From the NCBI RefSeq assembly GCF_000341895.1, contig NC_020409.1, positions 2,970,001-3,002,000 on the forward strand: a stretch of DNA of 32,000 nucleotides. Direction: 5' to 3'. The translations under genes and the position numbers were made by a program. Below the pieces are notes generated by a model. That model saw only the letters and a program-made list of their open reading frames with translations, was not told where the DNA came from and made no database searches. The stretch's first letter is position 1. Each line of letters starts with the position of its first letter. This document shows positions 17,809 through 24,712 of this stretch, in pieces. The DNA is from Pseudodesulfovibrio piezophilus C1TLV30 (GTDB taxonomy: Bacteria > Desulfobacterota > Desulfovibrionia > Desulfovibrionales > Desulfovibrionaceae).

Positions 17809-19125
17809 CTACTCCTTACGCCATGCTTTGATACGTTGTAACATGCGTGACATGTGTGATGCCGATTTTTTCCCGGCCTTGGCTGCGTTGCAGCATGCCT
17901 TGGCCGTCTCAGTTCCTATTCGATGTCCATTTTCAACGACTCGTCGACTCCCGGTAGCAACACGATGCCCTGTGGAAATTGCATTCTTGGCAGTTCTTTC
18001 AGCGGCTTTCCTGACAGCTTGTGTCCCTTTTCCTACCCCGTGTCCCACTGACCGAACCGCTTTTTTCGTTCCTCCACCGATCTTTCGTGCACTGACTCCA
18101 ACCATGCTGGCTGAAGTTGATGCAGCGTCCTTGACGCTCTTTCCCATCCGGCGAGCTCCGCCTCCAACGGCTCCTGCGGTGCCGGTCGCTGTCTCTTTCA
18201 CGCCTCGGACCGCTTTTGCCGATCCGGTTTTGACCGCTCCGGTCGCACCACGAACCAGCGCTTTGGTCACAAAAGTAACGGTTTCAGCACTCATGGAAAC
18301 AAACATGCGTGAGGCCTCACCTGTTGCGGCTCGACGCATTGCGCCCTTTGTGTTCAGGTTCAATGCGACATACTCACGAGCCACAATCCCACACCGTAGT
18401 GCCAATAAACAATTGGTCGAACCGGTCAGGATCGAGGCGGTAATTATCCCCGAAATTGCCTGAGCACCCGGAACCGCGCCAATGGCTGACCCGCCAACCA
18501 AAGGCCCCATCAGTTCGCCGATAAAATCTTCGATTCCGAATTCTTCAAGGCTTCCTGCCAGGAATGATGTTGCCGCAATATTCGCATATAAGTTGATCAA
18601 CTCCCGATAATGGGGCCTTTGGTGGTAAAGCTTGGCCACCCGCCATGTCATTCGCGTTATCAGAAACAGCACTATGAGTGTATCCAGTCGGCCGTTTTGA
18701 GAAATCGCACTCCCGATGAAAACCTGTTTGGCCGTGGTCCGTATCTCTTCGTTCGCTTTTTCCCGAAGGACAGCCAATCCGGCTTCAAGGTCGTGCTCAT
18801 CATTGATCACGACCTCGGCATCCCTCAGGTGGCGATTCTTTCTCAGGCGGCGCAGCAATGCAGCACGAAAGGCTCGCATATCTTCATGTGTCGGATTGGC
18901 GTAGACAAGCAGTGGTTTGGGGCGAAAAAAAGCGATGCTGGCCAACCATAAGATCATACCGGATACCATGGCGAAAAGGCACCAGAAAACCCATGGTTCA
19001 AATGCGGGTGAAATGCGACCGGCAAAACCGGCCACTCCTTCGATACAAGTGTACAGGAAGGCCAGGAAACTCCCGATAACCAGCAGTCCGATAAATGAGA
19101 GGCAGTGTTTCATGTATTTAGACAT
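17809..19125 (-). CDS. DUF697/YcjF-like (UPF0283) membrane protein with a C-terminal basic Gly/Ala/Lys/Arg-rich repetitive tail
   Basis: Two N-terminal TMs. The segment GRLDTLIVLFLITRMTWRVAKLYHQRPHYRELINLYANIAATSFLAGSLE...ITASILTGSTNCLLALRCGIVAREY parallels my recollection of E. coli YcjF ([30 protein letters not shown]...). Residues ~260-438 are low complexity. Confidence 0.65.
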   Translation of the reverse strand: MSKYMKHCLSFIGLLVIGSFLAFLYTCIEGVAGFAGRISPAFEPWVFWCLFAMVSGMILWLASIAFFRPKPLLVYANPTHEDMRAFRAALLRRLRKNRHLRDAEVVINDEHDLEAGLAVLREKANEEIRTTAKQVFIGSAISQNGRLDTLIVLFLITRMTWRVAKLYHQRPHYRELINLYANIAATSFLAGSLEEFGIEDFIGELMGPLVGGSAIGAVPGAQAISGIITASILTGSTNCLLALRCGIVAREYVALNLNTKGAMRRAATGEASRMFVSMSAETVTFVTKALVRGATGAVKTGSAKAVRGVKETATGTAGAVGGGARRMGKSVKDAASTSASMVGVSARKIGGGTKKAVRSVGHGVGKGTQAVRKAAERTAKNAISTGHRVATGSRRVVENGHRIGTETAKACCNAAKAGKKSASHMSRMLQRIKAWRKE

Positions 19126-19241
19126 GCCAAACCCTACCTGTTTTCACTGGTTCGCGAAAGAGGGATGCTCCTGGGGGGAAAGCCTGATGACTTTCCTCCT
19201 CATGCACCAGAACTGTCTTCTACGAGTTTCGGTCAGCCTGA

Positions 19242-19277
19242 GGCAACTCTCTGAAAAATGACTTTCAGAGAGTTGCC
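19242..19277 (-). terminator. Perfect 15 bp hairpin downstream of ribB (possible terminator or 5'-leader structure of the DUF697 gene)
   Basis: GGCAACTCTCTGAAA (19242-19256) / TTTCAGAGAGTTGCC (19263-19277), 6 nt loop. No clear U-tract on either strand. Confidence 0.4.
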
Positions 19278-19376
19278 TATCAAGATTACTCTGTGTGTTC
19301 GGAACGGGGAAATAGTGGTTCTCTGGGGAGAATCCAGCGCTTCCCACGGCTCTTGATCGTGAAGTCTGGGGCTGAT

Positions 19377-20042
19377 TTATGCAGCCGCATTTTTGTTCAA
19401 AACTTCTGTAGCTTTACGATAAGCGACGATGTCGTCCACTGTGCATACGGGCAGGCCGTGTTGTTTGGCAAAGGTCACGATTTCAGGAAGGCGCGCCATG
19501 GTGCCGTCGGGATTGGTGACTTCACACAAAACGCCACACGGTGCAAATCCAGCAAGCCGTGCCATGTCCACGGAGGCTTCTGTATGCCCACCTCGCTCCA
19601 ACACGCCGCCAGCACGGGCGCGCAAGGGGAAAACATGACCGGGGCTGGCAAGGTCGGCAGGGCTGGCTTCAGCAGCGATGGCCGCCTTGATGGTTGTCAC
19701 CCTGTCAGCAGCTGAAACTCCAGTCGTGACACCGCAAGCCGCTTCGATGGAGATGGTGAAGGCTGTTTGATACTGGCTGCTGTTGTTTTCGACCATCATG
19801 GGCAAACCGAGTGACTGAACCTTGTCATCAGTCAGGCAGAGGCAGACAATCCCGCTGCATTCGCGTATCAAAAGTGCCATTTGTTCATTGGTGAGTGTTT
19901 CTGCTGCAAAGATGAGGTCGCCCTCATTTTCGCGGTCCTCGTTGTCGGTAACAAGGATTCCACGGCCCTCGCGGAGGGCACACAGAGCATTTTCGACACG
20001 TTCGGTGGGAGTGCCGAACTGGTTGAGTAGAGACTGATTCAT
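19377..20042 (-). CDS. ribB: 3,4-dihydroxy-2-butanone 4-phosphate synthase (monofunctional)
   Basis: From ATG at 20042: [45 protein letters not shown]...[11 protein letters not shown]...[23 protein letters not shown]. Collinear over the full length with enterobacterial RibB as I recall it. No GTP cyclohydrolase II domain. Confidence 0.93.
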   Translation of the reverse strand: MNQSLLNQFGTPTERVENALCALREGRGILVTDNEDRENEGDLIFAAETLTNEQMALLIRECSGIVCLCLTDDKVQSLGLPMMVENNSSQYQTAFTISIEAACGVTTGVSAADRVTTIKAAIAAEASPADLASPGHVFPLRARAGGVLERGGHTEASVDMARLAGFAPCGVLCEVTNPDGTMARLPEIVTFAKQHGLPVCTVDDIVAYRKATEVLNKNAAA

Positions 20043-20166
20043 CGTGAATCTCCTGAATGTAGAAGATGAGTGAATCAGGGCGCAAGGAAAGACAGTAAAC
20101 GACACAGCCCGGAGGGGCGCGAAGCCGCTGTCGCGCATCATGGCGCGGCGGGGTATGACTGTCATA

Positions 20167-20303
20167 TTCTCTTTCATCCGGACTGTTACCGTCGGCCCCG
20201 GAGTTACACCGGGTCTGCTGACCTCCTTCACCCGAAGGAGCGCTCGCGGGCTTTCTGGCAAACCAGATTACCGCCGGTGGGGACTTCCACCCCGCCCTGA
20301 GAA
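20167..20303 (-). promoter_or_regulatory. FMN riboswitch (RFN element) aptamer in the ribB leader
   Basis: Minus-strand sense reads UUCUCAGGGCGGGGUGGAAGUCCCCACCGGCGGUAAUCUGGUUUGCCAGAAAGCCCGCGAGCGCUCCUUCGGGUGAAGGAGGUCAGCAGACCCGGUGUAACUCCGGGGCCGACGGUAACAGUCCGGAUGAAAGAGAA. All conserved RFN blocks are present, and the P1 helix closes UUCUC/GAGAA. Confidence 0.93.
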
Positions 20304-20315
20304 CAAGTTGAGGCA

Positions 20316-20343
20316 AATGTATTCTCTCAGCTGGATTTGTCAA
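20316..20343 (-). promoter_or_regulatory. Sigma-70 type promoter of the ribB riboswitch transcript
   Basis: Minus strand: TTGACA (20343-20338), 16 nt spacer, TACATT (20321-20316). The predicted start is a few nt before riboswitch P1. Confidence 0.6.
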
Positions 20344-20408
20344 GTGTTGGCGGTTCCTCCCGCAAACGCTCTTGCCGCCTCCTGATTTATGGGGTAATCG
20401 AATGTCCC

Positions 20409-20765
20409 ATGCATGAAATGTCCATAGTTCAGTCCATACTCGGCATCCTGCGCGAGGAAATGGTCAAATATGACGGTCAGAGGCTCAAGAAAGTGGTCAT
20501 CAAAAACGGCGCACTCGCCGGGATTGTCACAGAATCCCTCAAGTTTGCCTGGGAGGCGCTCACACCGGGTGGGGAATTTGACGGAGCAGAGTTAGAGGTT
20601 ATCGAAATTCCCATTCGGGTGGCGTGCGGAGACTGTGGTGAAGAGTTTTCGCCAGAGCATACCCGGTGTATGCCATGTCCGAAATGTGATCAGTTAATCG
20701 GTCATACCGTTTTACAAGGGAAAGAAATGCTTATCGATTCCATAGAAATCGATGATCAGCAATAA
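20409..20765 (+). CDS. hypA: Hydrogenase nickel insertion/maturation protein HypA
   Basis: Canonical MHEMSI N-terminus (Ni site). Zinc motifs CGDCG and CPKC. ~118 aa. The track start at 20337 is an unsupported extension. Confidence 0.92.
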   Translation: MHEMSIVQSILGILREEMVKYDGQRLKKVVIKNGALAGIVTESLKFAWEALTPGGEFDGAELEVIEIPIRVACGDCGEEFSPEHTRCMPCPKCDQLIGHTVLQGKEMLIDSIEIDDQQ

Positions 20766-20784
20766 GAGCGGGAGGAGGAACCCC

Positions 20785-21447
20785 ATGTCTCAGGAAGTCA
20801 CCATTGTTCGCAATGTTCTCGAAGCAAACGACAGGCTTGCCGAAGAACTCAAAAACATATTTCGTGAAAAAAATATTCTTTGCCTGAATTTAATGAGTTC
20901 TCCAGGGGCAGGAAAAACCACTGTGTTGGAGCGTACATTGACCGACTTGAAGGACGAATTCAAGATGGCGGTCATCGAGGGCGATTTGCAGACAGACAAC
21001 GATGCCCAAAGAGTGGCGGCTACTGGCGCGCAAGCCGTGCAGGTCAATACTGAAGGCGGTTGTCACCTGGATTCCGGCATGGTGCTCGATGCCATCAAGG
21101 CCCTTGATCTCGATGGAGTTGATATCCTCTTTGTGGAAAATGTGGGCAATCTTGTCTGTCCGGCCGAATTCGAGGTTGGCGAGGATTACAAAGTGACTTT
21201 ACTGTCGGTGGCCGAAGGTGATGACAAGCCTGAGAAATACCCTCTCATGTTTCACATCTCAGCCATCATGTTGCTGAACAAGATCGATCTGATGCCTTAT
21301 GTTGATTTTGATCTGGAGAAAGCGACGAAACACGCAACCAAGTTGAACAAGGACATCAAAGTGATGCCCATGTCAGCCCGGACCGGTGAAAACATGGAAG
21401 CATGGTATGCCTGGTTACGCGAAAAGAGGGCGGAAAAAGCGTCTTAG
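20785..21447 (+). CDS. hypB: Hydrogenase nickel incorporation GTPase HypB
   Basis: GGAGGAGG SD before the ATG at 20785. P-loop SSPGAGKTT, metal-binding EGGCHLD, ENVGNLVCP, NKIDL. No His-rich N-terminal stretch. Confidence 0.92.
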   Translation: MSQEVTIVRNVLEANDRLAEELKNIFREKNILCLNLMSSPGAGKTTVLERTLTDLKDEFKMAVIEGDLQTDNDAQRVAATGAQAVQVNTEGGCHLDSGMVLDAIKALDLDGVDILFVENVGNLVCPAEFEVGEDYKVTLLSVAEGDDKPEKYPLMFHISAIMLLNKIDLMPYVDFDLEKATKHATKLNKDIKVMPMSARTGENMEAWYAWLREKRAEKAS

Positions 21448-21469
21448 CTCTCGCTTGTGCAAGGATATG

Positions 21470-21503
21470 CTCCCGAAAACAACAGGTTTTCGGGAGTTTT
21501 TTT
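21470..21503 (+). terminator. Rho-independent terminator of hypAB
   Basis: Perfect 11 bp stem CTCCCGAAAAC (21470-21480) / GTTTTCGGGAG (21486-21496), 5 nt loop, then TTTTTTT. Confidence 0.85.
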
Positions 21504-21582
21504 CGCCCACCGGGAGGAATTCCCGCCCGATTTAGGCATTTTCCCCATTGGCATCCCCATACCCCTGGCGTAGTGTGCGGGT

Positions 21583-22917
21583 ATGTCATTTCCCGAAAAT
21601 CTTCCGCTTGAGGATGTTTTTGCCTCCATTGCCGATGGCCTGTTCACGGTGGATGTGGACTGGAACGTCACGTATTTCAATGAGTCCGCCGAGCGCATCA
21701 CTGGCATCAGAGCGGAGGAAGCTCTTGGGCATAAGTGTTGGGATGTTTTTCGGTCCAGCCTGTGCGACGGGCAATGCGCCATCGATGAATGTGTCAGAAA
21801 AGGTGGGCGCATCGTCAATAAATCCATTTTTATCATCAAGAGTGACGGGACCAAGCTCCCGGTTTCCATCTCAGCGTCGCCCTTGCGTAACGGTAATGGA
21901 GAAGTCGTGGGTGGAGTCGAGACTTTCCGTGACCTGACTGAAATTCATGTCATGCGGCGAAAGGTCAGGGATCTTTATAGCTTTGAAGATATCGTCGGAC
22001 GCAGCGAAGGGCTGGATAAAATTTTTCGCATTTTACCGCAGGTCAGTCAAAGTACGGCCACAGTGCTGGTTCTGGGGCAGTCCGGCACTGGCAAAGAATT
22101 GTTCGCCAGAGCTATACACAATCTCAGCCCTCGCAAGGAAAAACCATTTGTTGCTGTCAATTGCGGAGCGTTACCCGATACCTTGTTGGAGTCGGAACTC
22201 TTCGGCTATAGGGCCGGTGCATTTACCGATGCTCGAACTGACAAGCCAGGCCGGTTGGAAATGGCTGAAGGGGGCACGGTTTTTTTGGATGAAATCGGTG
22301 ATATGGCGGCTCCTGTTCAAGTTAAGCTCCTTCGGTTCCTTCAGGAGCGGACTTTTGAACCTCTTGGCGGGTTGGAAACCATTTCAGCCGATGTCCGCAT
22401 CGTGGCCGCGACGCATCAGAATTTGGAAGCTATGGTCGCGGCAGGGACATTTAGACAGGATTTGTACTACCGGCTCAATGTTGTGACCCTCGATCTCCCC
22501 GCCCTTGCAGAAAGGCGGGAGGATATTCCCATACTCATTGATCATTTCGTGGCCGAATTCAATGCAGTTCAGGGGCGGGCTGTGGAAGGAGTCAGTGAGG
22601 ATGTGTTACACATTCTGATGCGGCACGATTTCCCCGGCAACGTTCGTGAACTGGAAAATATCCTTGAATATGGTTTTATCCTCTGTCCGTCCGGTTTCAT
22701 TCAGACGGAACATCTGCCGGAATACCTCCAGGCGGCCTCACGGATGACACAGGGGGCAGGGGGGTTGCATGGGACCATGGAAGAGATCAAATGCCGAGCT
22801 GCGTCTCAGGCGCTCAAGCGGAACCATGGTCGGAAAATGGCCACTTGCCGCGAACTCAAGATTTCCAAGGATACTTTACGGCGCATGTTGTCAAGATGCC
22901 CAGAAGACGAAGAATAA
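21583..22917 (+). CDS. Sigma-54-dependent transcriptional activator (PAS sensor, AAA+ domain, Fis-type HTH; no receiver domain)
   Basis: PAS (FTVDVDWNVTYFNESAERITG) carrying Cys52/61/65/70. Walker A GQSGTGKE, ESELFGY, sigma-54 contact loop GAFTDA (variant of GAFTGA), Walker B VFLDEIGD, R-finger region. C-terminal HTH MATCRELKISKDTLRRML. Confidence 0.9.
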   Translation: MSFPENLPLEDVFASIADGLFTVDVDWNVTYFNESAERITGIRAEEALGHKCWDVFRSSLCDGQCAIDECVRKGGRIVNKSIFIIKSDGTKLPVSISASPLRNGNGEVVGGVETFRDLTEIHVMRRKVRDLYSFEDIVGRSEGLDKIFRILPQVSQSTATVLVLGQSGTGKELFARAIHNLSPRKEKPFVAVNCGALPDTLLESELFGYRAGAFTDARTDKPGRLEMAEGGTVFLDEIGDMAAPVQVKLLRFLQERTFEPLGGLETISADVRIVAATHQNLEAMVAAGTFRQDLYYRLNVVTLDLPALAERREDIPILIDHFVAEFNAVQGRAVEGVSEDVLHILMRHDFPGNVRELENILEYGFILCPSGFIQTEHLPEYLQAASRMTQGAGGLHGTMEEIKCRAASQALKRNHGRKMATCRELKISKDTLRRMLSRCPEDEE

Positions 22918-23004
22918 GTCTTTTTTGTGCAAAACGGGCGCAATATTCGCCATTAATTATATATCATCATTCTGTAGTGTGCTGTAATGTAACGATTTGT
23001 TCAT

Positions 23005-23020
23005 TGGCATACTCCATGCT
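23005..23020 (+). promoter_or_regulatory. Sigma-54 (-24/-12) type promoter upstream of the NifX-like/Mrp genes
   Basis: TGGCATACTCCATGCT with canonical GG-N10-GC spacing, 43 nt before the ATG at 23063. Directly downstream of the sigma-54 activator gene. -12 flank ATGCTAA is identical to the 16857 site. Confidence 0.55.
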
Positions 23021-23062
23021 AACGTGTATCCGCTGGCGGGTCCTGCCGGATTGGAGTGGGCT

Positions 23063-23527
23063 ATGAAAACATCCTCCGCGACATTACTCTGTTTGGCGTG
23101 TTATCAGGACCGGTTGGCCTCTGTTTGCGAAAATGCGGACGAGTACAAGTTATTTGAAATTCGTAATGATAAAATTTACCCCGCAGGCCTCCTATCCCTT
23201 CCCTCAAAGGACCCTATGGACAGGACATCCGCCATATTGGCCTGCGGGGTATTATTCTTTGTCTGTGGCGCGATCTGTTCCACGACCCTGACCCGGCTGG
23301 AGGAGAACGGCGTCATTGTCGTCCCTTGGTTAACCGGGCATATCGATGAGGTGCTGATGCGCTTTGCCGAGAATTCGCTTTTCGCTTTGGTGATGCCCGG
23401 ATGCATAGATACGGTTGGGCGGCAATGTGGCGAGAAGTGGGGAGCTTCCGCAGCCCGAGAGGACCCCTCTCAGGAGACTCAGCGAAAGTGGGGCGGCTAT
23501 TTCTCCCCTCTTGGTTCAGTTATTTGA
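23063..23527 (+). CDS. NifB/NifX-family (dinitrogenase Fe-Mo cofactor biosynthesis-like, PF02579-type) small cluster-binding protein, Cys-rich variant
   Basis: Pattern MKTS..LLCLAC....LASVCENADEYKLFEI...K......DRTSAILACGVLFFVCGAICSTTLTRLEENGVIVVPWLTGHIDEVLMRF resembles the NifX/NafY-like fold family, which is often paired with Mrp ATPases. The C-terminal ~40 aa is unassigned. Confidence 0.5.
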   Translation: MKTSSATLLCLACYQDRLASVCENADEYKLFEIRNDKIYPAGLLSLPSKDPMDRTSAILACGVLFFVCGAICSTTLTRLEENGVIVVPWLTGHIDEVLMRFAENSLFALVMPGCIDTVGRQCGEKWGASAAREDPSQETQRKWGGYFSPLGSVI

Positions 23528-23637
23528 CATTGCATCAACGATGTTTATCTCTCTCAGATCGCTTGAAACCCGTTTTTTGGCGGTACCCCAATGATAGACA
23601 ACGGCGGTTTTCACCGCCTTATTTCAGGAGAAAAATT

Positions 23638-24516
23638 ATGAGCGAGTGCAGTGGATGCGCTTCAGCCACCCCGGAGGGCGGCTGTTCCAGCGCTTCCGGG
23701 TGTGACCAGCCCGGTGACGAGAAGCTTCAGAAAACACTTGGCCGCATTAAACACAAGATTGTGGTCATGTCAGGCAAAGGCGGAGTGGGGAAGTCCACGG
23801 TTGCTGCCAATATAGCAGTAGCCCTTTCCCTGGCCGGGAAAAAAGTTGGTCTTCTGGATGTGGATGTCCATGGTCCAAGTATCCCTCGGCTTCTCTCTCT
23901 CAAGGGACAGCGCCCGCATATGGGGGATCAGACGATGGAGCCGGTGCCCTGGAGCAAGAATCTTTCTGTGATGTCACTCGGCTTTTTGCTTGAAGATGAT
24001 CGGCAAGCTGTCATCTGGCGTGGCCCGGTGAAGGTCGGACTGATCAAGCAGTTTGTTGAAGATGTCATGTGGGGCGATCTCGATTACCTTGTGGTTGATT
24101 GCCCTCCCGGAACGGGAGATGAACCTCTTTCCACTTTGCAGACACTCGGACCCACGGCCATGGCCGTTGTCGTTACCACCCCGCAGGGCGTGGCGATTGA
24201 TGATGTTCGCCGTTCACTTTCTTTTGTGGGACAGGTTGGTAATAGGGTCTTCGGTCTTGTGGAAAACATGTCCGGTTTCGCCTGCCCCGATTGTGGCAAG
24301 GTGCATAACATATTCAATTCCGGCGGTGGTGAAGATCTTGCCAAGGAAGCGGGTGTCAGATTTCTGGGCAAGATTCCCATGGACCCGGCAGTTGCCCATT
24401 CCGGTGACGAAGGATTTCCCTTCATGAAAGTTCATCGTGATACCGCTACTGGGAAAGCCATGAATGAAATCATTGCCCCCATGCTTGATCTCCCTGACCC
24501 GGTGGTGACGGCATAA
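23638..24516 (+). CDS. mrp: Mrp/NBP35-family Fe-S cluster carrier ATPase
   Basis: AGGAGAAAAATT before the ATG at 23638. Deviant Walker A SGKGGVGKST, DCPPGTGDE, CPDCG (CxxC). N-terminal CSGC-x8-C-x5-C cluster motif. The track start at 23401 overlaps the previous gene and is rejected. Confidence 0.9.
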   Translation: MSECSGCASATPEGGCSSASGCDQPGDEKLQKTLGRIKHKIVVMSGKGGVGKSTVAANIAVALSLAGKKVGLLDVDVHGPSIPRLLSLKGQRPHMGDQTMEPVPWSKNLSVMSLGFLLEDDRQAVIWRGPVKVGLIKQFVEDVMWGDLDYLVVDCPPGTGDEPLSTLQTLGPTAMAVVVTTPQGVAIDDVRRSLSFVGQVGNRVFGLVENMSGFACPDCGKVHNIFNSGGGEDLAKEAGVRFLGKIPMDPAVAHSGDEGFPFMKVHRDTATGKAMNEIIAPMLDLPDPVVTA

Positions 24517-24619
24517 AAAAGTATGATTTTGAAGATATGCTGCGTACCTGCAAGAGCAGAACGTTTTTGATAGGTTTGTTGGCCTTTCCTGATCCGGGGT
24601 GGCCGATGTGTGTGAAGAT

Positions 24620-24661
24620 AAGAAAGCGCCCCTTGAATTTTAATTCAAGGGGCGCTTTCTT
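24620..24661. terminator. Bidirectional terminator between convergent mrp and the aminotransferase gene
   Basis: 20 bp perfect inverted repeat AAGAAAGCGCCCCTTGAATT / AATTCAAGGGGCGCTTTCTT centred at 24640/24641. Confidence 0.75.
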
Positions 24662-24712
24662 GTTTCTTTCAAATGACTAGGGGCGAATGGAAGAAGGAAT
24701 TCCTCGGGGATT

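Noticed and set aside
17657-18463. 268 aa plus-strand ORF (Pro/Ala/Thr-rich)
   Set aside because: It is the mirror image of the Gly/Ala/Lys-rich tail of the minus-strand DUF697 gene. It has no start context and no motifs.
20043-20261. N-terminal 73-codon extension of the ribB ORF in the track
   Set aside because: The region is the FMN riboswitch and its expression platform. RibB homology begins exactly at the ATG at 20042, which has its own SD.
20345-20365. Sigma-54-like string TGGCGGTTCCTCCCGCA upstream of hypA
   Set aside because: The GG to GC spacing is one nucleotide too long relative to TGGCAC-N5-TTGC, and the -24 half is poor.
21550-21580. TGGCAT and TGGCG strings just upstream of the sigma-54 activator gene
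   Set aside because: Neither has a GC dinucleotide at the -12 position. The second is too close to the start codon.
22921-22935. Similarity of CTTTTTTGTGCAAAA to the ATTTTTTGTAC arm at 16747-16757 and to TTTTTTTGTGCC at 16579-16590, considered as a shared activator site
   Set aside because: The similarity rests largely on T-runs, and one of the three is the lepB terminator tail. It is too weak to call a motif without a genome-wide analysis. It is kept only as a remark in the UAS finding.
23401-23637. 79-codon upstream extension of the Mrp ORF
   Set aside because: It overlaps the NifX-like gene in another frame and the intergenic hairpin. A strong SD plus ATG at 23638 gives a canonical Mrp N-terminus.
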